Shown here piece by piece: positions 1-10,138 of a DNA stretch of 64,000 bases (position 1 is its first letter; each line of letters starts with the position of its first letter). The notes under the pieces are model-generated. The model did not search any database. It was not told where the DNA came from and was given only the letters and a program-made list of their open reading frames with translations. Origin of the DNA: a virus (Duplodnaviria; Heunggongvirae; Uroviricota; Caudoviricetes); the IMG/VR virus record IMGVR_UViG_3300051215_000059, one strand, 5' to 3'. The position numbers and the translations under genes were made by a program.

Positions 1-402
1 GAAGCTGCCATTATCGTTATAGAAGAAATGGGCGAAGAACTATTTCCTGGTGAGTTTTTACATGAACCAAAGAAGGCTGGCGCAAAACGGGCAGTAAGAA
101 AAGGATTTACCACAACTCATCGCTCAAAGATTACATCATGTATGAAGTTGAAGGCATGGGTTGAATCGGATAAGATGCATCCAAAGAGTAAAAACTTGAT
201 ACGAGAGTTCAAAACGTTTATCGCAAGTGGCAAAAGCTATGAAGCCAAACTTGGCGAAAACGATGACTTGGTAAGTGCGACCATGCTGTGCGTAAGACAA
301 GTTCAGGTCATATCTCGTTTTGATGAAAAGTATGAAAACTTATTAGGCGAAACACTTGACGATGACAGCTATGAACTTGACCCGCTGCCAGTAGTATTCT
401 AA
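1..402 (+). CDS. terL: Terminase large subunit, C-terminal part (starts before window)
   Basis: Frame is open from base 1. Motifs LIREFKTF, SYEA and NDDLVSA match the T4 gp17-like nuclease domain end. Confidence 0.85.
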   Translation, partial: EAAIIVIEEMGEELFPGEFLHEPKKAGAKRAVRKGFTTTHRSKITSCMKLKAWVESDKMHPKSKNLIREFKTFIASGKSYEAKLGENDDLVSATMLCVRQVQVISRFDEKYENLLGETLDDDSYELDPLPVVF

Positions 403-403
403 A

Positions 404-411
404 GATAAATA
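404..411 (+). promoter_or_regulatory. T4-like late promoter GATAAATA
   Basis: Recurrent NATAAATA motif just upstream of the RBS of ORF 438. Confidence 0.65.
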
Positions 412-437
412 CTATCATACAATAAGGAACACATACT

Positions 438-2762
438 ATGGCTGTAAATATGAATGTAATCGCAGAGAAGATAATGAAGTTTATTCGTGGGAATGGACTT
501 CAAGTTCAAATGTTTGATGATAAAAACGGAAAGAGTGTCGCGGACCCAACTACTGCACGTTATTTCTATGTTGAAGACCCAAACATTATGGTTTTTCTTG
601 ATGACAGCACTGGCGAAATAAAGTTTCATATGGGTGAAAACGTATCACTTGAAGACCCAACCGTATCCAAAATATCAAAAAACATGAAATTGTTGGCAAG
701 ACGAAACATTCTTGACTTTGATATTAGAACTTTTGGAAAGCGTATTGAACCTCGTCATTATGGCTATAAAATAGAACAAAATAAGGAGCAGAATGTGGAC
801 GATGTATTTGAAAGTATTAGCCCATTAGAGGGTTCCAGCCGAACAAGTAGACAGACATTAGAAAATGCAAAAATAATCGTAAGACACCGTGCGCCAGTCA
901 ATGAAGAACAGCGTGGGTCTCGTTCACGTAATATTTCTGCAATCTTCATCGAAAACAATGCGGGTGAACGTTTCAAATATCCATTCAAGCATTTGTCTGG
1001 TGCTCGCGCTATGGCTCGCCACGTTTCATCTGGCGGAAACCCTATGGATACCACTGGTTCAGCTATTGTTGAAATGAGTGAAAACCTATACAAACTAAAA
1101 GAGTTTATGGGCATTGTTTCTAAGCAAGGTCTAATCAACGAAGCAAACCGTGATGTGGTTTTCAACGTAAAGAAAAAGATTGGTCAAATCAAAGAAACCA
1201 TTTCTAAACTGTCAACCTCCCGTGGATACACTTCGTTTGTTGAATCTCTGGCGTTGAATGAAACCGAACAGCAAGAAGAAATAACAGAAGACGTAATCAA
1301 CTCATACATTTCAAAGTTCACCAAATCAACATTTGAAGAATCTTTGAAAGACATTCTGCCACTTGTTCATCGTGTGAACGAAGAAGAATATCGCTCCAAC
1401 CGTGATGGTCAGGTGCAGAACATCATGCAGATCATTTCTGCTAAAGATGAGAATGGTGAGAAGCTAAACAAAATTTCATTCTCTGCGGGTGGGTCATACG
1501 ACTTTGACAAAATCAAACAGCAGTATAAAGACACTCCACAATCTCAATACGCAAAGATGGCTTCTACCTTCCAAGATTTGGCATCACGTGTCGATGTTGA
1601 TACAACGGAAGACCATCGCCGTAAGAACAAAGGACACGACCGTGCTGCGGTTATTTCTCTATTCTTGAATGATATGTCAGAAAAGTTAGAAACAAACCCA
1701 AAATCAATCACCAAACCAGAAATGCAACTTGCTACCTATTTCTTGAAACTATCCAAGATTGACAAGCCAGCCGAAGTAGCAGAATCACTTGACAAGAAGT
1801 TTGACAAGATGCTAAAAGAGTCATTGTCAAAGTATTCGGTCTTTGAAGAATTTGGTATTGATGAAGCAGAACAGATCGATGAGATTTCGGACGATATGAA
1901 GAATCGTTATTTAGATGCCGCAAAGGATGACGTAAAAAAACGTCAGGCTGGTGTGACAGACGCAAATAGAATCAAGAACGCTTCACGTAGAAACTTCCAT
2001 AGTCATTCGTTATGGATGGATGTTGCTAACAAGCGCAAGGAAAAGATGGATTCTCGCAAGGCTATCATGAAATCTACCAAAGATTCAATGAAAACTTCAA
2101 AGAAAAAAGCAACCAACGAAGCAGAAGGTGATGACACATCTTCCGACCTACAAGTATGGGAAGTCACTATTTGGAACAACTATTACCGTAATAAGTATGC
2201 GGATTGGTCTCCACGTCCATATCCAGTATTGGCAACTTCTGCGGAAGAAGCAAAACAGGTTGTTCTTCAACATGCCGACGAAATATTGAAAGACTTGTTG
2301 AGTAAGAAACTTCACAATGGAAAGCGTGTTCTGCCACCAAGAAGTGCTCTACCTATCACAGATAAGTTGATTGGCAGAGTAGAAGATGGCACTGTAAAAG
2401 GAAGACGTTCTACTTGGAAACCATTGAAATACATTTCGCCAAATGGTTGGATGGAAGTAACCCTAAAGGATGGTCATATTGTTGACGCCGAACAGGGTGA
2501 CAAACATCCTCTTGGCGAACACACAGACTATCAATCATATGTAAGTGACCTTCGTAAAGAAGGATACTCAATCTATGTTTCAAAAATTGCTGGTGGCGAA
2601 GGTGGCCTTCGTTTTGAGGTAGAAACCCCAGATGGCAAAGAGTTTGAGGTCATTGAAACACAAACTGGTGAATATGGGTTGTATCGCAACGGAGCAACAC
2701 TATCTGGCGAACCAGATGAATTGTTCCTATCACTAGCAGACGCCGTTCATTCAATGGAGTAA
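438..2762 (+). CDS. Large hypothetical, probable late/virion protein (774 aa)
   Basis: Long ORF with AAGGA RBS and late promoter. Acidic, modular C-terminal half. Confidence 0.75.
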   Translation: MAVNMNVIAEKIMKFIRGNGLQVQMFDDKNGKSVADPTTARYFYVEDPNIMVFLDDSTGEIKFHMGENVSLEDPTVSKISKNMKLLARRNILDFDIRTFGKRIEPRHYGYKIEQNKEQNVDDVFESISPLEGSSRTSRQTLENAKIIVRHRAPVNEEQRGSRSRNISAIFIENNAGERFKYPFKHLSGARAMARHVSSGGNPMDTTGSAIVEMSENLYKLKEFMGIVSKQGLINEANRDVVFNVKKKIGQIKETISKLSTSRGYTSFVESLALNETEQQEEITEDVINSYISKFTKSTFEESLKDILPLVHRVNEEEYRSNRDGQVQNIMQIISAKDENGEKLNKISFSAGGSYDFDKIKQQYKDTPQSQYAKMASTFQDLASRVDVDTTEDHRRKNKGHDRAAVISLFLNDMSEKLETNPKSITKPEMQLATYFLKLSKIDKPAEVAESLDKKFDKMLKESLSKYSVFEEFGIDEAEQIDEISDDMKNRYLDAAKDDVKKRQAGVTDANRIKNASRRNFHSHSLWMDVANKRKEKMDSRKAIMKSTKDSMKTSKKKATNEAEGDDTSSDLQVWEVTIWNNYYRNKYADWSPRPYPVLATSAEEAKQVVLQHADEILKDLLSKKLHNGKRVLPPRSALPITDKLIGRVEDGTVKGRRSTWKPLKYISPNGWMEVTLKDGHIVDAEQGDKHPLGEHTDYQSYVSDLRKEGYSIYVSKIAGGEGGLRFEVETPDGKEFEVIETQTGEYGLYRNGATLSGEPDELFLSLADAVHSME

Positions 2763-2782
2763 ATGGCCCTCTTGGACGAATG

Positions 2783-2815
2783 AAAATGAGGTGGCTTCGG
2801 TCGCCTCATTTTTTT
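2783..2815 (+). terminator. Intrinsic terminator, UUCG loop
   Basis: AAAATGAGGTGGC-TTCG-GTCGCCTCATTTT followed by a T run. Confidence 0.85.
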
Positions 2816-2901
2816 GTTCAAAATCAAGCATTTAGGGCTTGACTTTTGTTCAAAAGATAAGTAATATGGACACATGTTGTTATGAGATGTGTTGAGAAAA
2901 C

Positions 2902-2951
2902 CTAATATCTAACTAACATAAAATCTAATATCTAGCTAATATCTAACTAAC
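2902..2951 (+). repeat. Three CTAATATCTA repeats in the gp32 leader (putative autogenous translational operator)
   Basis: Copies at 2902-2911, 2925-2934 and 2936-2945. Nearly G-free and directly before the AGGAG RBS. Confidence 0.6.
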
Positions 2952-2965
2952 AGGAGAAATATATT

Positions 2966-3988
2966 ATGGCTACACTAGCAGAAATCCGTGCGAAACTTTT
3001 GGCACAAGACAAAAAAGCAGAAAATAACGCAAACCAATCACAAGGTTCAAACGCTCTATATCCATTTTGGAATATGGAAGTTGACAGCACTGCGGTTGTG
3101 CGTTTCCTCCCCGATGCAGACGCGACCAACGACTTTTTCTGGCGTGAGCGTCAAATCATCAAGCTACCATTTTCTGGAATCAAAGGCATTGCTGAAAGCA
3201 AGCCAATCACGATTCAAGTTCCTTGTGTTGAAATGTGGGGCGACCAATGCCCTATTCACGCGGAAATTCGTCCTTGGTATAAAGACCCATCAATGGAAAA
3301 ACTGGCAAGTCAGTATTGGAAGAAGCGTTCATACATTTTCCAAGGCTTTGTTGTCACCAATCCTATTGATGAAAAGGATGCACCAGAAAACCCAATCCGC
3401 CGTTTCATCATTTCCCCACAGATTTTCAAAATTCTGAAGGGCGCACTGATGGACCCAGATATGGAAACAGTCCCAACTGATTACGATGCTGGCACTGACT
3501 TCCGTCTGATCAAAACCCAAAATGGTCAGTATGCGGACTATGGAACCTCAAACTGGGCGCGTAAGGAACGTTCACTGAACGAACTAGAACGTGCAGCAAT
3601 TGAGCAATACGGTCTAAGCGATCTAAATGACTTCATGCCAAAGAAGCCAAATGCAGAAGAACTTTCCGCCATGGTGGAAATGTTTGAAGCATCAGTTGAT
3701 GGTGAACTTTATGATCCAGAACGTTGGGCGAACTTCTATCGTCCATACGGCATTGATCTTGGTGAGTTCAATCCAAAATCTACCAGCAATAGTGCTGGCT
3801 CTAATGGTCAGGCGGCTGCACCTTCTAAGAAGGCATCAGCACCAGCACCAGTGGATGACGACATCCCTTTTGATTCAAATGAAGAAGCCGAGGTAAAACA
3901 AAAAGCTGCTTCCGTTTCTTCACCAGCGAAGCCAAAACAGGATGCATCTGATATCCTTGCAATGATCCGTCAGCGCAAGGCAGACTAA
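2966..3988 (+). CDS. gp32: Single-stranded DNA-binding protein, T4 gp32-like
   Basis: VVRFLP, CVEMWGDQCP and YWKKRSY motifs, acidic DDDIPF segment, position upstream of uvsX. Confidence 0.85.
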   Translation: MATLAEIRAKLLAQDKKAENNANQSQGSNALYPFWNMEVDSTAVVRFLPDADATNDFFWRERQIIKLPFSGIKGIAESKPITIQVPCVEMWGDQCPIHAEIRPWYKDPSMEKLASQYWKKRSYIFQGFVVTNPIDEKDAPENPIRRFIISPQIFKILKGALMDPDMETVPTDYDAGTDFRLIKTQNGQYADYGTSNWARKERSLNELERAAIEQYGLSDLNDFMPKKPNAEELSAMVEMFEASVDGELYDPERWANFYRPYGIDLGEFNPKSTSNSAGSNGQAAAPSKKASAPAPVDDDIPFDSNEEAEVKQKAASVSSPAKPKQDASDILAMIRQRKAD

Positions 3989-4007
3989 GACAACTGTATC
4001 TGAACTT

Positions 4008-4053
4008 GGAGCGGCAAGCCAACACTACGGCACATATTGCCGCTCCTTTCTTT
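4008..4053 (+). terminator. Hairpin/terminator between gp32 and uvsX
   Basis: GGAGCGGCAA (4008-4017) pairs with TTGCCGCTCC (4037-4046), then TTTCTTT. Confidence 0.6.
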
Positions 4054-4069
4054 ATTTGAAAGGACCATC

Positions 4070-5152
4070 ATGGTAAAAGCATTTGACGTATCTAAATTTA
4101 GAAAAAGCATCACAAAATCAGTCCCAGGAATGAGCGTTGGTTTTCGTGACCCAGATACATGGATTTCTACAGGAAACTACTGTCTGAACAAACTAATTTC
4201 TGGTGATTTTTACAAGGGTATTCCTCTTGGAAAAGTCACCGTGCTTGCTGGCGAATCTGGCGCTGGCAAGTCATATATCGCATCGGGCAACATTGTAAAA
4301 AATGCTCAAGACCAAGGTATTTTCGTAGTTCTTATTGACAGCGAAAACGCACTTGACGAATCTTGGCTACATGCGTTGGGTGTAAGCACCGAACCAGAAA
4401 AACTACTAAAACTAAACGTAGCAATGATTGACGATGTGGCTAAAATCATTTCTGACTTTATGAAAGATTACAAAGCTGAATACGCAGACAAACCAGACGA
4501 AGAACGCCCAAAGGTATTGTTTGTTATTGACTCTCTTGGTATGCTTCTAACTCCAACTGACGTTGACCAGTTCAACAAGGGGGATATGAAGGGCGACATG
4601 GGTCGTAAGCCAAAGGCGTTGGCAGCATTGGTCCGAAACTCAGTGAACATGTTTGGTGAATATAACATTGGTATGATTGCAACAAACCATACCTATGCAT
4701 CACAAGATATGTTCGATCCAGACGACAAAATCTCTGGCGGTCAAGGGTTCATCTATGCATCTTCTATCGTTATCGCCATGCGCAAGCTAAAGCTAAAAGA
4801 AGACGAAGATGGCAACAAGATTTCCGAGGTTCGTGGCATTCGTTCATCATGTAAGGTCATGAAAACCCGATATGCTAAACCATTTGAAGGTGTGCAAGTA
4901 AAGATTCCATATGACACTGGTATGTCTCCATACTCTGGACTGTTGGATTTCTTTGAAGCAAAAGGTCTTCTAAAGAAAGTTGGTAACAAACTAGCATATA
5001 CTTCAAATTCAACGGGCGAAGTAATTTCAGAGTTCCGTAAGAACTGGACTGACGAAAAACTTGACATAATCATGAAAGAATGGAATAACAAGAACATTGA
5101 CGCAGAAGAAAATGAACTTGAGCCTCCAACCGAAGACCCACAACAAGACTAA
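4070..5152 (+). CDS. uvsX: RecA-like recombinase UvsX
   Basis: Walker A GESGAGKS, IDSENA, Walker B FVIDSLG, TNHTY, SGGQG. ATG at 4070 follows the AAGGA RBS. Confidence 0.93.
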   Translation: MVKAFDVSKFRKSITKSVPGMSVGFRDPDTWISTGNYCLNKLISGDFYKGIPLGKVTVLAGESGAGKSYIASGNIVKNAQDQGIFVVLIDSENALDESWLHALGVSTEPEKLLKLNVAMIDDVAKIISDFMKDYKAEYADKPDEERPKVLFVIDSLGMLLTPTDVDQFNKGDMKGDMGRKPKALAALVRNSVNMFGEYNIGMIATNHTYASQDMFDPDDKISGGQGFIYASSIVIAMRKLKLKEDEDGNKISEVRGIRSSCKVMKTRYAKPFEGVQVKIPYDTGMSPYSGLLDFFEAKGLLKKVGNKLAYTSNSTGEVISEFRKNWTDEKLDIIMKEWNNKNIDAEENELEPPTEDPQQD

Positions 5153-5164
5153 GGAGTAAATAAA

Positions 5165-5395
5165 ATGGCATCTATTGGTCCAATTGATGTTGCAGATATC
5201 TGGGCAACACTTTCATCATACATTCCAGCGAAAGAACGTCTTACCGCTGCGGAAGCATTAGTTCGTCTTTGTGATGAATTAGGCTTTACAGAGGAAGAGT
5301 TCTATGATATGATTGATGATAATAAAGTTTTGGAAACTGCCCATACACGGCATTTCGCAGAAGCAGAAGATGAGGAAGAAGATTGGGACGAATGA
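5165..5395 (+). CDS. Small acidic hypothetical protein
   Basis: AGGAG RBS; sits between uvsX and uvsY. Confidence 0.7.
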   Translation: MASIGPIDVADIWATLSSYIPAKERLTAAEALVRLCDELGFTEEEFYDMIDDNKVLETAHTRHFAEAEDEEEDWDE

Positions 5396-5859
5396 ATTGG
5401 TTCAGTGAAGTGGCAAAGGACTGGTCTAAAATACCAGATTGCTTAGAACACTTTGAGAAGGAACTTATTGAAGCCCGAAAAGAAGTCAAAATCTTCGGTA
5501 ACGTAGAAAAAAACGCAACGCAACTACCAGCATATGTTGAAATTAGGTTCGCACAGCTACAAGAGATTGAAGCCATTTTGGAACATATCAACATACAACT
5601 ACGAAAGAAACGTAGTGAGTATTTTAGAAAATATCTAGAAAACTACAATAAAGTTTTGAGTAGTAGGGATGCAGAAAAGTATGCTGATGGCGAAGACGAG
5701 GTAGTCGCCATCAGCGAAGTTGCAAACCAAATTGCATACGTTAGAAATCAATATCTAGGTATAACCAAATCTTTCGAAATTAAACATTATCAACTTACCA
5801 ACATCGTCAAATTGCGAGTCGCTGGTATGGAAGATGCCGAAATAAACAACAGATATTAA
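5392..5859 (+). CDS. uvsY: Recombination mediator UvsY-like protein
   Basis: Helical protein with SSRDAEKYADGE and a C-terminal LRVAGMED; synteny with uvsX. Confidence 0.7.
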   Translation: MNWFSEVAKDWSKIPDCLEHFEKELIEARKEVKIFGNVEKNATQLPAYVEIRFAQLQEIEAILEHINIQLRKKRSEYFRKYLENYNKVLSSRDAEKYADGEDEVVAISEVANQIAYVRNQYLGITKSFEIKHYQLTNIVKLRVAGMEDAEINNRY

Positions 5860-5910
5860 AATCTCAAAATTGAGTCTAAATATCTTACTGTTTTTTCGGA
5901 GTAAAGGAAC

Positions 5911-8205
5911 ATGATGAGCAATATATTAATAACAAAAAGAGACGGACGTAAAGAACCTATTGATCTTGAAAAGATGCACCGAGTTGTATTCGCCGCTTGC
6001 GAAGGCATCAATGGCGTATCACCAAGTGAAGTAGAAATCAAATCACACATTCAATTCTTTAATGGAATTTCAAGTTCTGAAATTCAAGAAACACTAATCA
6101 AGTCTGCCGCAGACTTGATTACAGAAGACACCCCAAATTATCAATGGGTGGCAGGAAACCTAATCAACTATCACATTCGCAAAGAAGTGTATGGCGATTT
6201 TACTCCTTGGCATATCCTAGACATTGTAAAACGAAACGTAGAAAAAGGCTTCTATGATCCAGCATTGCTTACTTCCTACACAGAAGAAGAATGGGAAAAA
6301 ATCAACGGCTTCATCAAGCATGACCGTGACTTTACCATTTCATATGTCGGAATGGAACAGTTTCGTGGCAAATATCTAGTCCAAAACCGAGTCACCAAAC
6401 AACTATTTGAAACCCCACAGGTCGCATACATTCTTATCGCTGCAACTCTGTTCAGCGAATATGAACAGAGTGAGCGTCTAAAGTGGGTAAAAGATTACTA
6501 CGACTCAATCAGTCTATTTGAAATTTCTCTTCCAACCCCAATCATGGCGGGGGTCAGAACTCCACAGCGTCAATTCAGTTCTTGTGTTGTTATTGAAACG
6601 GATGACTCTTTGGATTCAATCAATGCCACATCCAGTGCAGTGGTGAAGTATGTTTCACAAAAGGCTGGCATTGGTATTGGCGCTGGTAGTATTCGTGCAA
6701 TCAACTCTCCAATTCGCAATGGCGATGCATCACATACTGGTGTCATTCCATTCTATAAACTATTTCAAGCTGCGGTCAAATCTTGCTCACAAGGTGGGGT
6801 AAGAGGCGGTGCTGCAACACTACACTATCCAATTTGGCATTTGGAAGTTGAAGACCTATTAGTTCTCAAGAACAACAAAGGAACCGAAGAAAACCGAGTT
6901 CGTCACCTTGACTACAGTGTTCAGTTCAACAAGTTGATGTATGAGCGCCTATTGACTGGAGGAAATATTACTTTATTCTCTCCGAGTGATGTTCCTGGGT
7001 TGTATGAAGCGTTCTTTGCTGACCAAGATAAGTTCAAAGAACTATATGAAAAGGCAGAGCGTTCAAACAAGATACGTAAGAAAGTAGTTCCAGCAATTGA
7101 ACTGTTTTCTTCGTTTATGAACGAACGTAAAAATACTGGTCGCATCTATCTACAAAACGTAGACCATGTAAACTCTCATGGTTCATTCTTGCCAGAAGTT
7201 GCACCAATTCGTCAAAGTAACCTTTGCCAAGAGATTGACCTACCAACAAAGCCATTGACGGACTTCAATGATCCAAATGGTGAAATTTCACTTTGCACAT
7301 TGTCTGCGGTAAATTGGGGCGTAATCAAAACTCTTTCCGATTTTGAACGTATTTGTCGTTTGGCGGTTCGCGGCATTGACGCATTGCTATCTTACCAGAA
7401 TTATCCAGTCCTTGCGGCACAGCTTTCTACTATGAAGCGCCGCCCAATTGGTGTTGGTATTATCAACTTTGCATATTGGATGGCGAAGAATGATATGACT
7501 TACAGCAACCCAAACTTGGAAATGGTTGACGAGTGGGCAGAAGCATGGTCATACTATCTAATCAAGGCGTCTGTTGAACTGGCAAAAGAACAAGGACCAT
7601 GTGAAGGCACCAACGAAACTCGCTACGGTCTTGGTATCGTTCCAATGGATACCCGCAAGATAGAGGTTGACGAACTTGTTCCATATCAAGAGCGTATGGA
7701 TTGGGTATCACTCCGCGAAGATTTGAAAACTTACGGTATTCGCAATTCAACCCTTATGGCACTTATGCCAGCAGAAACATCGGCACAAATTTCAAACTCA
7801 ACGAATGGAATTGAGCCGCCACGTTCACTTGTTTCTGTAAAGCAGTCAAAGCATGGGGTATTGAAGCAAGTTGTTCCAGGTATTCATAAACTAAAGAATA
7901 AGTATGAACTTCTATGGGATCAGAAATCACCAGAAGGTTATTTGAAGATTTGTGCAGTTTTGCAGAAATATATTGACCAAGGTATTTCCGTAAACACATC
8001 ATACAACCCCGTTTACTTTGAAGATGAAAAAATACCAATGTCGGTGATGCTACAGCATCTACTCATGTTCTATAAGTATGGCGGAAAGCAGCTATACTAC
8101 TTCAATACTTACGATGGCCAAGGCGAAGTTGACGTAGGAAAACTAATGCAAGAAGAGCAATTGTCTGATATAGAGGCAGAAGATTGCGATAGTTGTGTAA
8201 TTTAA
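5911..8205 (+). CDS. nrdA: Ribonucleotide reductase class Ia alpha subunit
   Basis: ATP cone (KRDGRKE), QFSSC, SQGGVRGG, SNLCQEI, ETSAQ, C-terminal CDSC. Confidence 0.97.
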   Translation: MMSNILITKRDGRKEPIDLEKMHRVVFAACEGINGVSPSEVEIKSHIQFFNGISSSEIQETLIKSAADLITEDTPNYQWVAGNLINYHIRKEVYGDFTPWHILDIVKRNVEKGFYDPALLTSYTEEEWEKINGFIKHDRDFTISYVGMEQFRGKYLVQNRVTKQLFETPQVAYILIAATLFSEYEQSERLKWVKDYYDSISLFEISLPTPIMAGVRTPQRQFSSCVVIETDDSLDSINATSSAVVKYVSQKAGIGIGAGSIRAINSPIRNGDASHTGVIPFYKLFQAAVKSCSQGGVRGGAATLHYPIWHLEVEDLLVLKNNKGTEENRVRHLDYSVQFNKLMYERLLTGGNITLFSPSDVPGLYEAFFADQDKFKELYEKAERSNKIRKKVVPAIELFSSFMNERKNTGRIYLQNVDHVNSHGSFLPEVAPIRQSNLCQEIDLPTKPLTDFNDPNGEISLCTLSAVNWGVIKTLSDFERICRLAVRGIDALLSYQNYPVLAAQLSTMKRRPIGVGIINFAYWMAKNDMTYSNPNLEMVDEWAEAWSYYLIKASVELAKEQGPCEGTNETRYGLGIVPMDTRKIEVDELVPYQERMDWVSLREDLKTYGIRNSTLMALMPAETSAQISNSTNGIEPPRSLVSVKQSKHGVLKQVVPGIHKLKNKYELLWDQKSPEGYLKICAVLQKYIDQGISVNTSYNPVYFEDEKIPMSVMLQHLLMFYKYGGKQLYYFNTYDGQGEVDVGKLMQEEQLSDIEAEDCDSCVI

Positions 8206-8227
8206 AATAAAAAGAGAGAGAGAAAAA

Positions 8228-9358
8228 ATGTCAGTATTTGACTCGAAAAACAAAGCCGACCACACCAAAACACTTGCGTTTATGGACCCAAGTGGTGGGG
8301 TTACTATTCAGCGTTACGATATGCTGAAATACAAACAGTTTGACAAACTCACTGATAAGCAGCTTGGTTTCTTCTGGCGTCCAGAAGAAATTGACGTAAT
8401 CAAAGATGCAAACGATTTCAAGCAACTCACCGACCACGAGAAGCACATCTTTACGTCCAACCTAAAGCGTCAGATTTTGCTTGACTCTGTTCAGGGACGT
8501 GCTCCAGTTGAAGCATTTGGTCCACTTGTTTCCATTCCAGAATTGGAAGCATGGATTCAAACTTGGACCTTCTCCGAAACTATTCACTCACGTTCATATA
8601 CTCATATCATTCGTAATATCTATGCAGACCCATCAAAGGTGTTTGATGAAATGATGGACATTCAGGAAATCATGGATTGCGCAGATGATATTTCTCGTAA
8701 CTATGATGAGTTGATTGAACAATCTGCATATTTCAATCTATTGGGTGCTGGAACACATACCGTAAACGGCAAAGAAATTGTGATTGATCCATATGAGATT
8801 AAAAAATCTCTTTACAAAACACTTATGAGTGTAAACATTTTGGAAGGTGTTCGCTTCTATGTTTCATTCGCTTGTTCTTGGGCATTTGCAGAACTCAAGA
8901 AGATGGAAGGCAATGCAAAGATCATCAAGCTAATTGCTCGTGATGAAAACCTACACCTTGCATCAACTCAGACTCTACTAAAACTTCTACCAAAGGACGA
9001 TCCAGATTACATCAAGATCGCACAAGAAGTTGAAGAAGAATGCATTCATATGTTTGTCGATGCGGTTGAACAAGAAAAGAAGTGGGCAGAATACCTATTT
9101 AAAGATGGTTCAATGATCGGTCTAAACGTCAAGCTATTGAACGACTACATTGAGTGGATCGCATGTAAGCGTATGCAAGCGGTAAACCTAAAATGCCCAT
9201 ACACTGTTTCTCAGTCAAACCCACTACCTTGGACACAAAAGTGGATTGCGGGGGCAGAAGTTCAGGTTGCACCACAAGAAGTTGAACTAAGTTCTTACAC
9301 TATCGGTGCAGTAAAGCAAGACGTAGATAAAAATACCTTCAGCGGTTTCTCCTTGTAA
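8228..9358 (+). CDS. nrdB: Ribonucleotide reductase class Ia beta subunit
   Basis: FFWRPEE, LLDSVQG, ETIHSRSY (radical Tyr), LEGVRF, RDENLH. Confidence 0.97.
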   Translation: MSVFDSKNKADHTKTLAFMDPSGGVTIQRYDMLKYKQFDKLTDKQLGFFWRPEEIDVIKDANDFKQLTDHEKHIFTSNLKRQILLDSVQGRAPVEAFGPLVSIPELEAWIQTWTFSETIHSRSYTHIIRNIYADPSKVFDEMMDIQEIMDCADDISRNYDELIEQSAYFNLLGAGTHTVNGKEIVIDPYEIKKSLYKTLMSVNILEGVRFYVSFACSWAFAELKKMEGNAKIIKLIARDENLHLASTQTLLKLLPKDDPDYIKIAQEVEEECIHMFVDAVEQEKKWAEYLFKDGSMIGLNVKLLNDYIEWIACKRMQAVNLKCPYTVSQSNPLPWTQKWIAGAEVQVAPQEVELSSYTIGAVKQDVDKNTFSGFSL

Positions 9359-9384
9359 TTATGTAAAAACTGAAGGTAGATTGG

Positions 9385-9416
9385 AATCTGGACTGCGAAA
9401 GTGGTCCAGATTTTTT
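9385..9416 (+). terminator. Intrinsic terminator after nrdB
   Basis: AATCTGGAC...GAAA loop...GTCCAGATT plus T run. Confidence 0.75.
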
Positions 9417-9456
9417 CATAAATAAAATCACTTAGTATAACTTAGAAGGATTTCTA

Positions 9457-9513
9457 ATGGGAAAAAGAAGTGATTTCCGTGATTATTACCCGATTGTCCG
9501 AGATTTATACTAA
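9457..9513 (+). pseudogene. 18-codon remnant duplicating the N-terminus of the MTase at 10114
   Basis: Encodes MGKRSDFRDYYP versus MGKRSDFVRNERDYYQTP at 10114. Has its own AAGGA RBS and CATAAATA at 9417. Confidence 0.7.
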
Positions 9514-9535
9514 ATAGACATGTAAGGAGATTTAT

Positions 9536-10138
9536 ATGTTTATTGATAATAAATATACTAAGTGGTATTTTAAATTAATTGAGAATGCCAAGAACAGAAA
9601 TAATGTAGAAATATATATGGAAAAACACCACATAATTCCAAAGAGCCTTGGCGGAACTGATTATGAAAATATAGTGTTGCTTACCGCCAAAGAGCACTTT
9701 GTTGCTCATCATCTATTGACCAAAATGGTAGAAAACAAAAATGATAAAGGAAAAATGTGGTCTGCTTTTTTCCTTATGCATGTAGGACACGATGGTAAAC
9801 GCCCAATGTTTTCAAGAACATACGAAATATCAAGAATACAAATGGCAACCCATAAGAAAGAAATAAATCTTGGAGCGAATAATCCATACTATGGAAAAAA
9901 TCATACTACTGATGTAAGATCAAAGATGAGTAAAAATTGGAATAAATCTGCAAAACGAAATCACGATACTAAGATTTATACGTTTGTTCATGATAAATAT
10001 GGAATAGAAATATGTTCGAGAAATGAACTATGCCTCAAATACGGATTAAATCATAAACGTATTTGGACAATAATAAACAAAACGCAAAAGACTGCGAACG
10101 GATGGAGTGTATTATGGGAAAACGATCAGATTTTGTAA
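9536..10138 (+). CDS. HNH homing endonuclease with NUMOD3-like motif
   Basis: EKHHIIPKSLGG...N...EHFVAH and GANNPYYGKNHT. Confidence 0.85.
   Translation: MFIDNKYTKWYFKLIENAKNRNNVEIYMEKHHIIPKSLGGTDYENIVLLTAKEHFVAHHLLTKMVENKNDKGKMWSAFFLMHVGHDGKRPMFSRTYEISRIQMATHKKEINLGANNPYYGKNHTTDVRSKMSKNWNKSAKRNHDTKIYTFVHDKYGIEICSRNELCLKYGLNHKRIWTIINKTQKTANGWSVLWENDQIL

Noticed and set aside
5911-9358. Introns or inteins in nrdA/nrdB
   Set aside because: Both are continuous and of normal length. The HNH lies outside, after the terminator.
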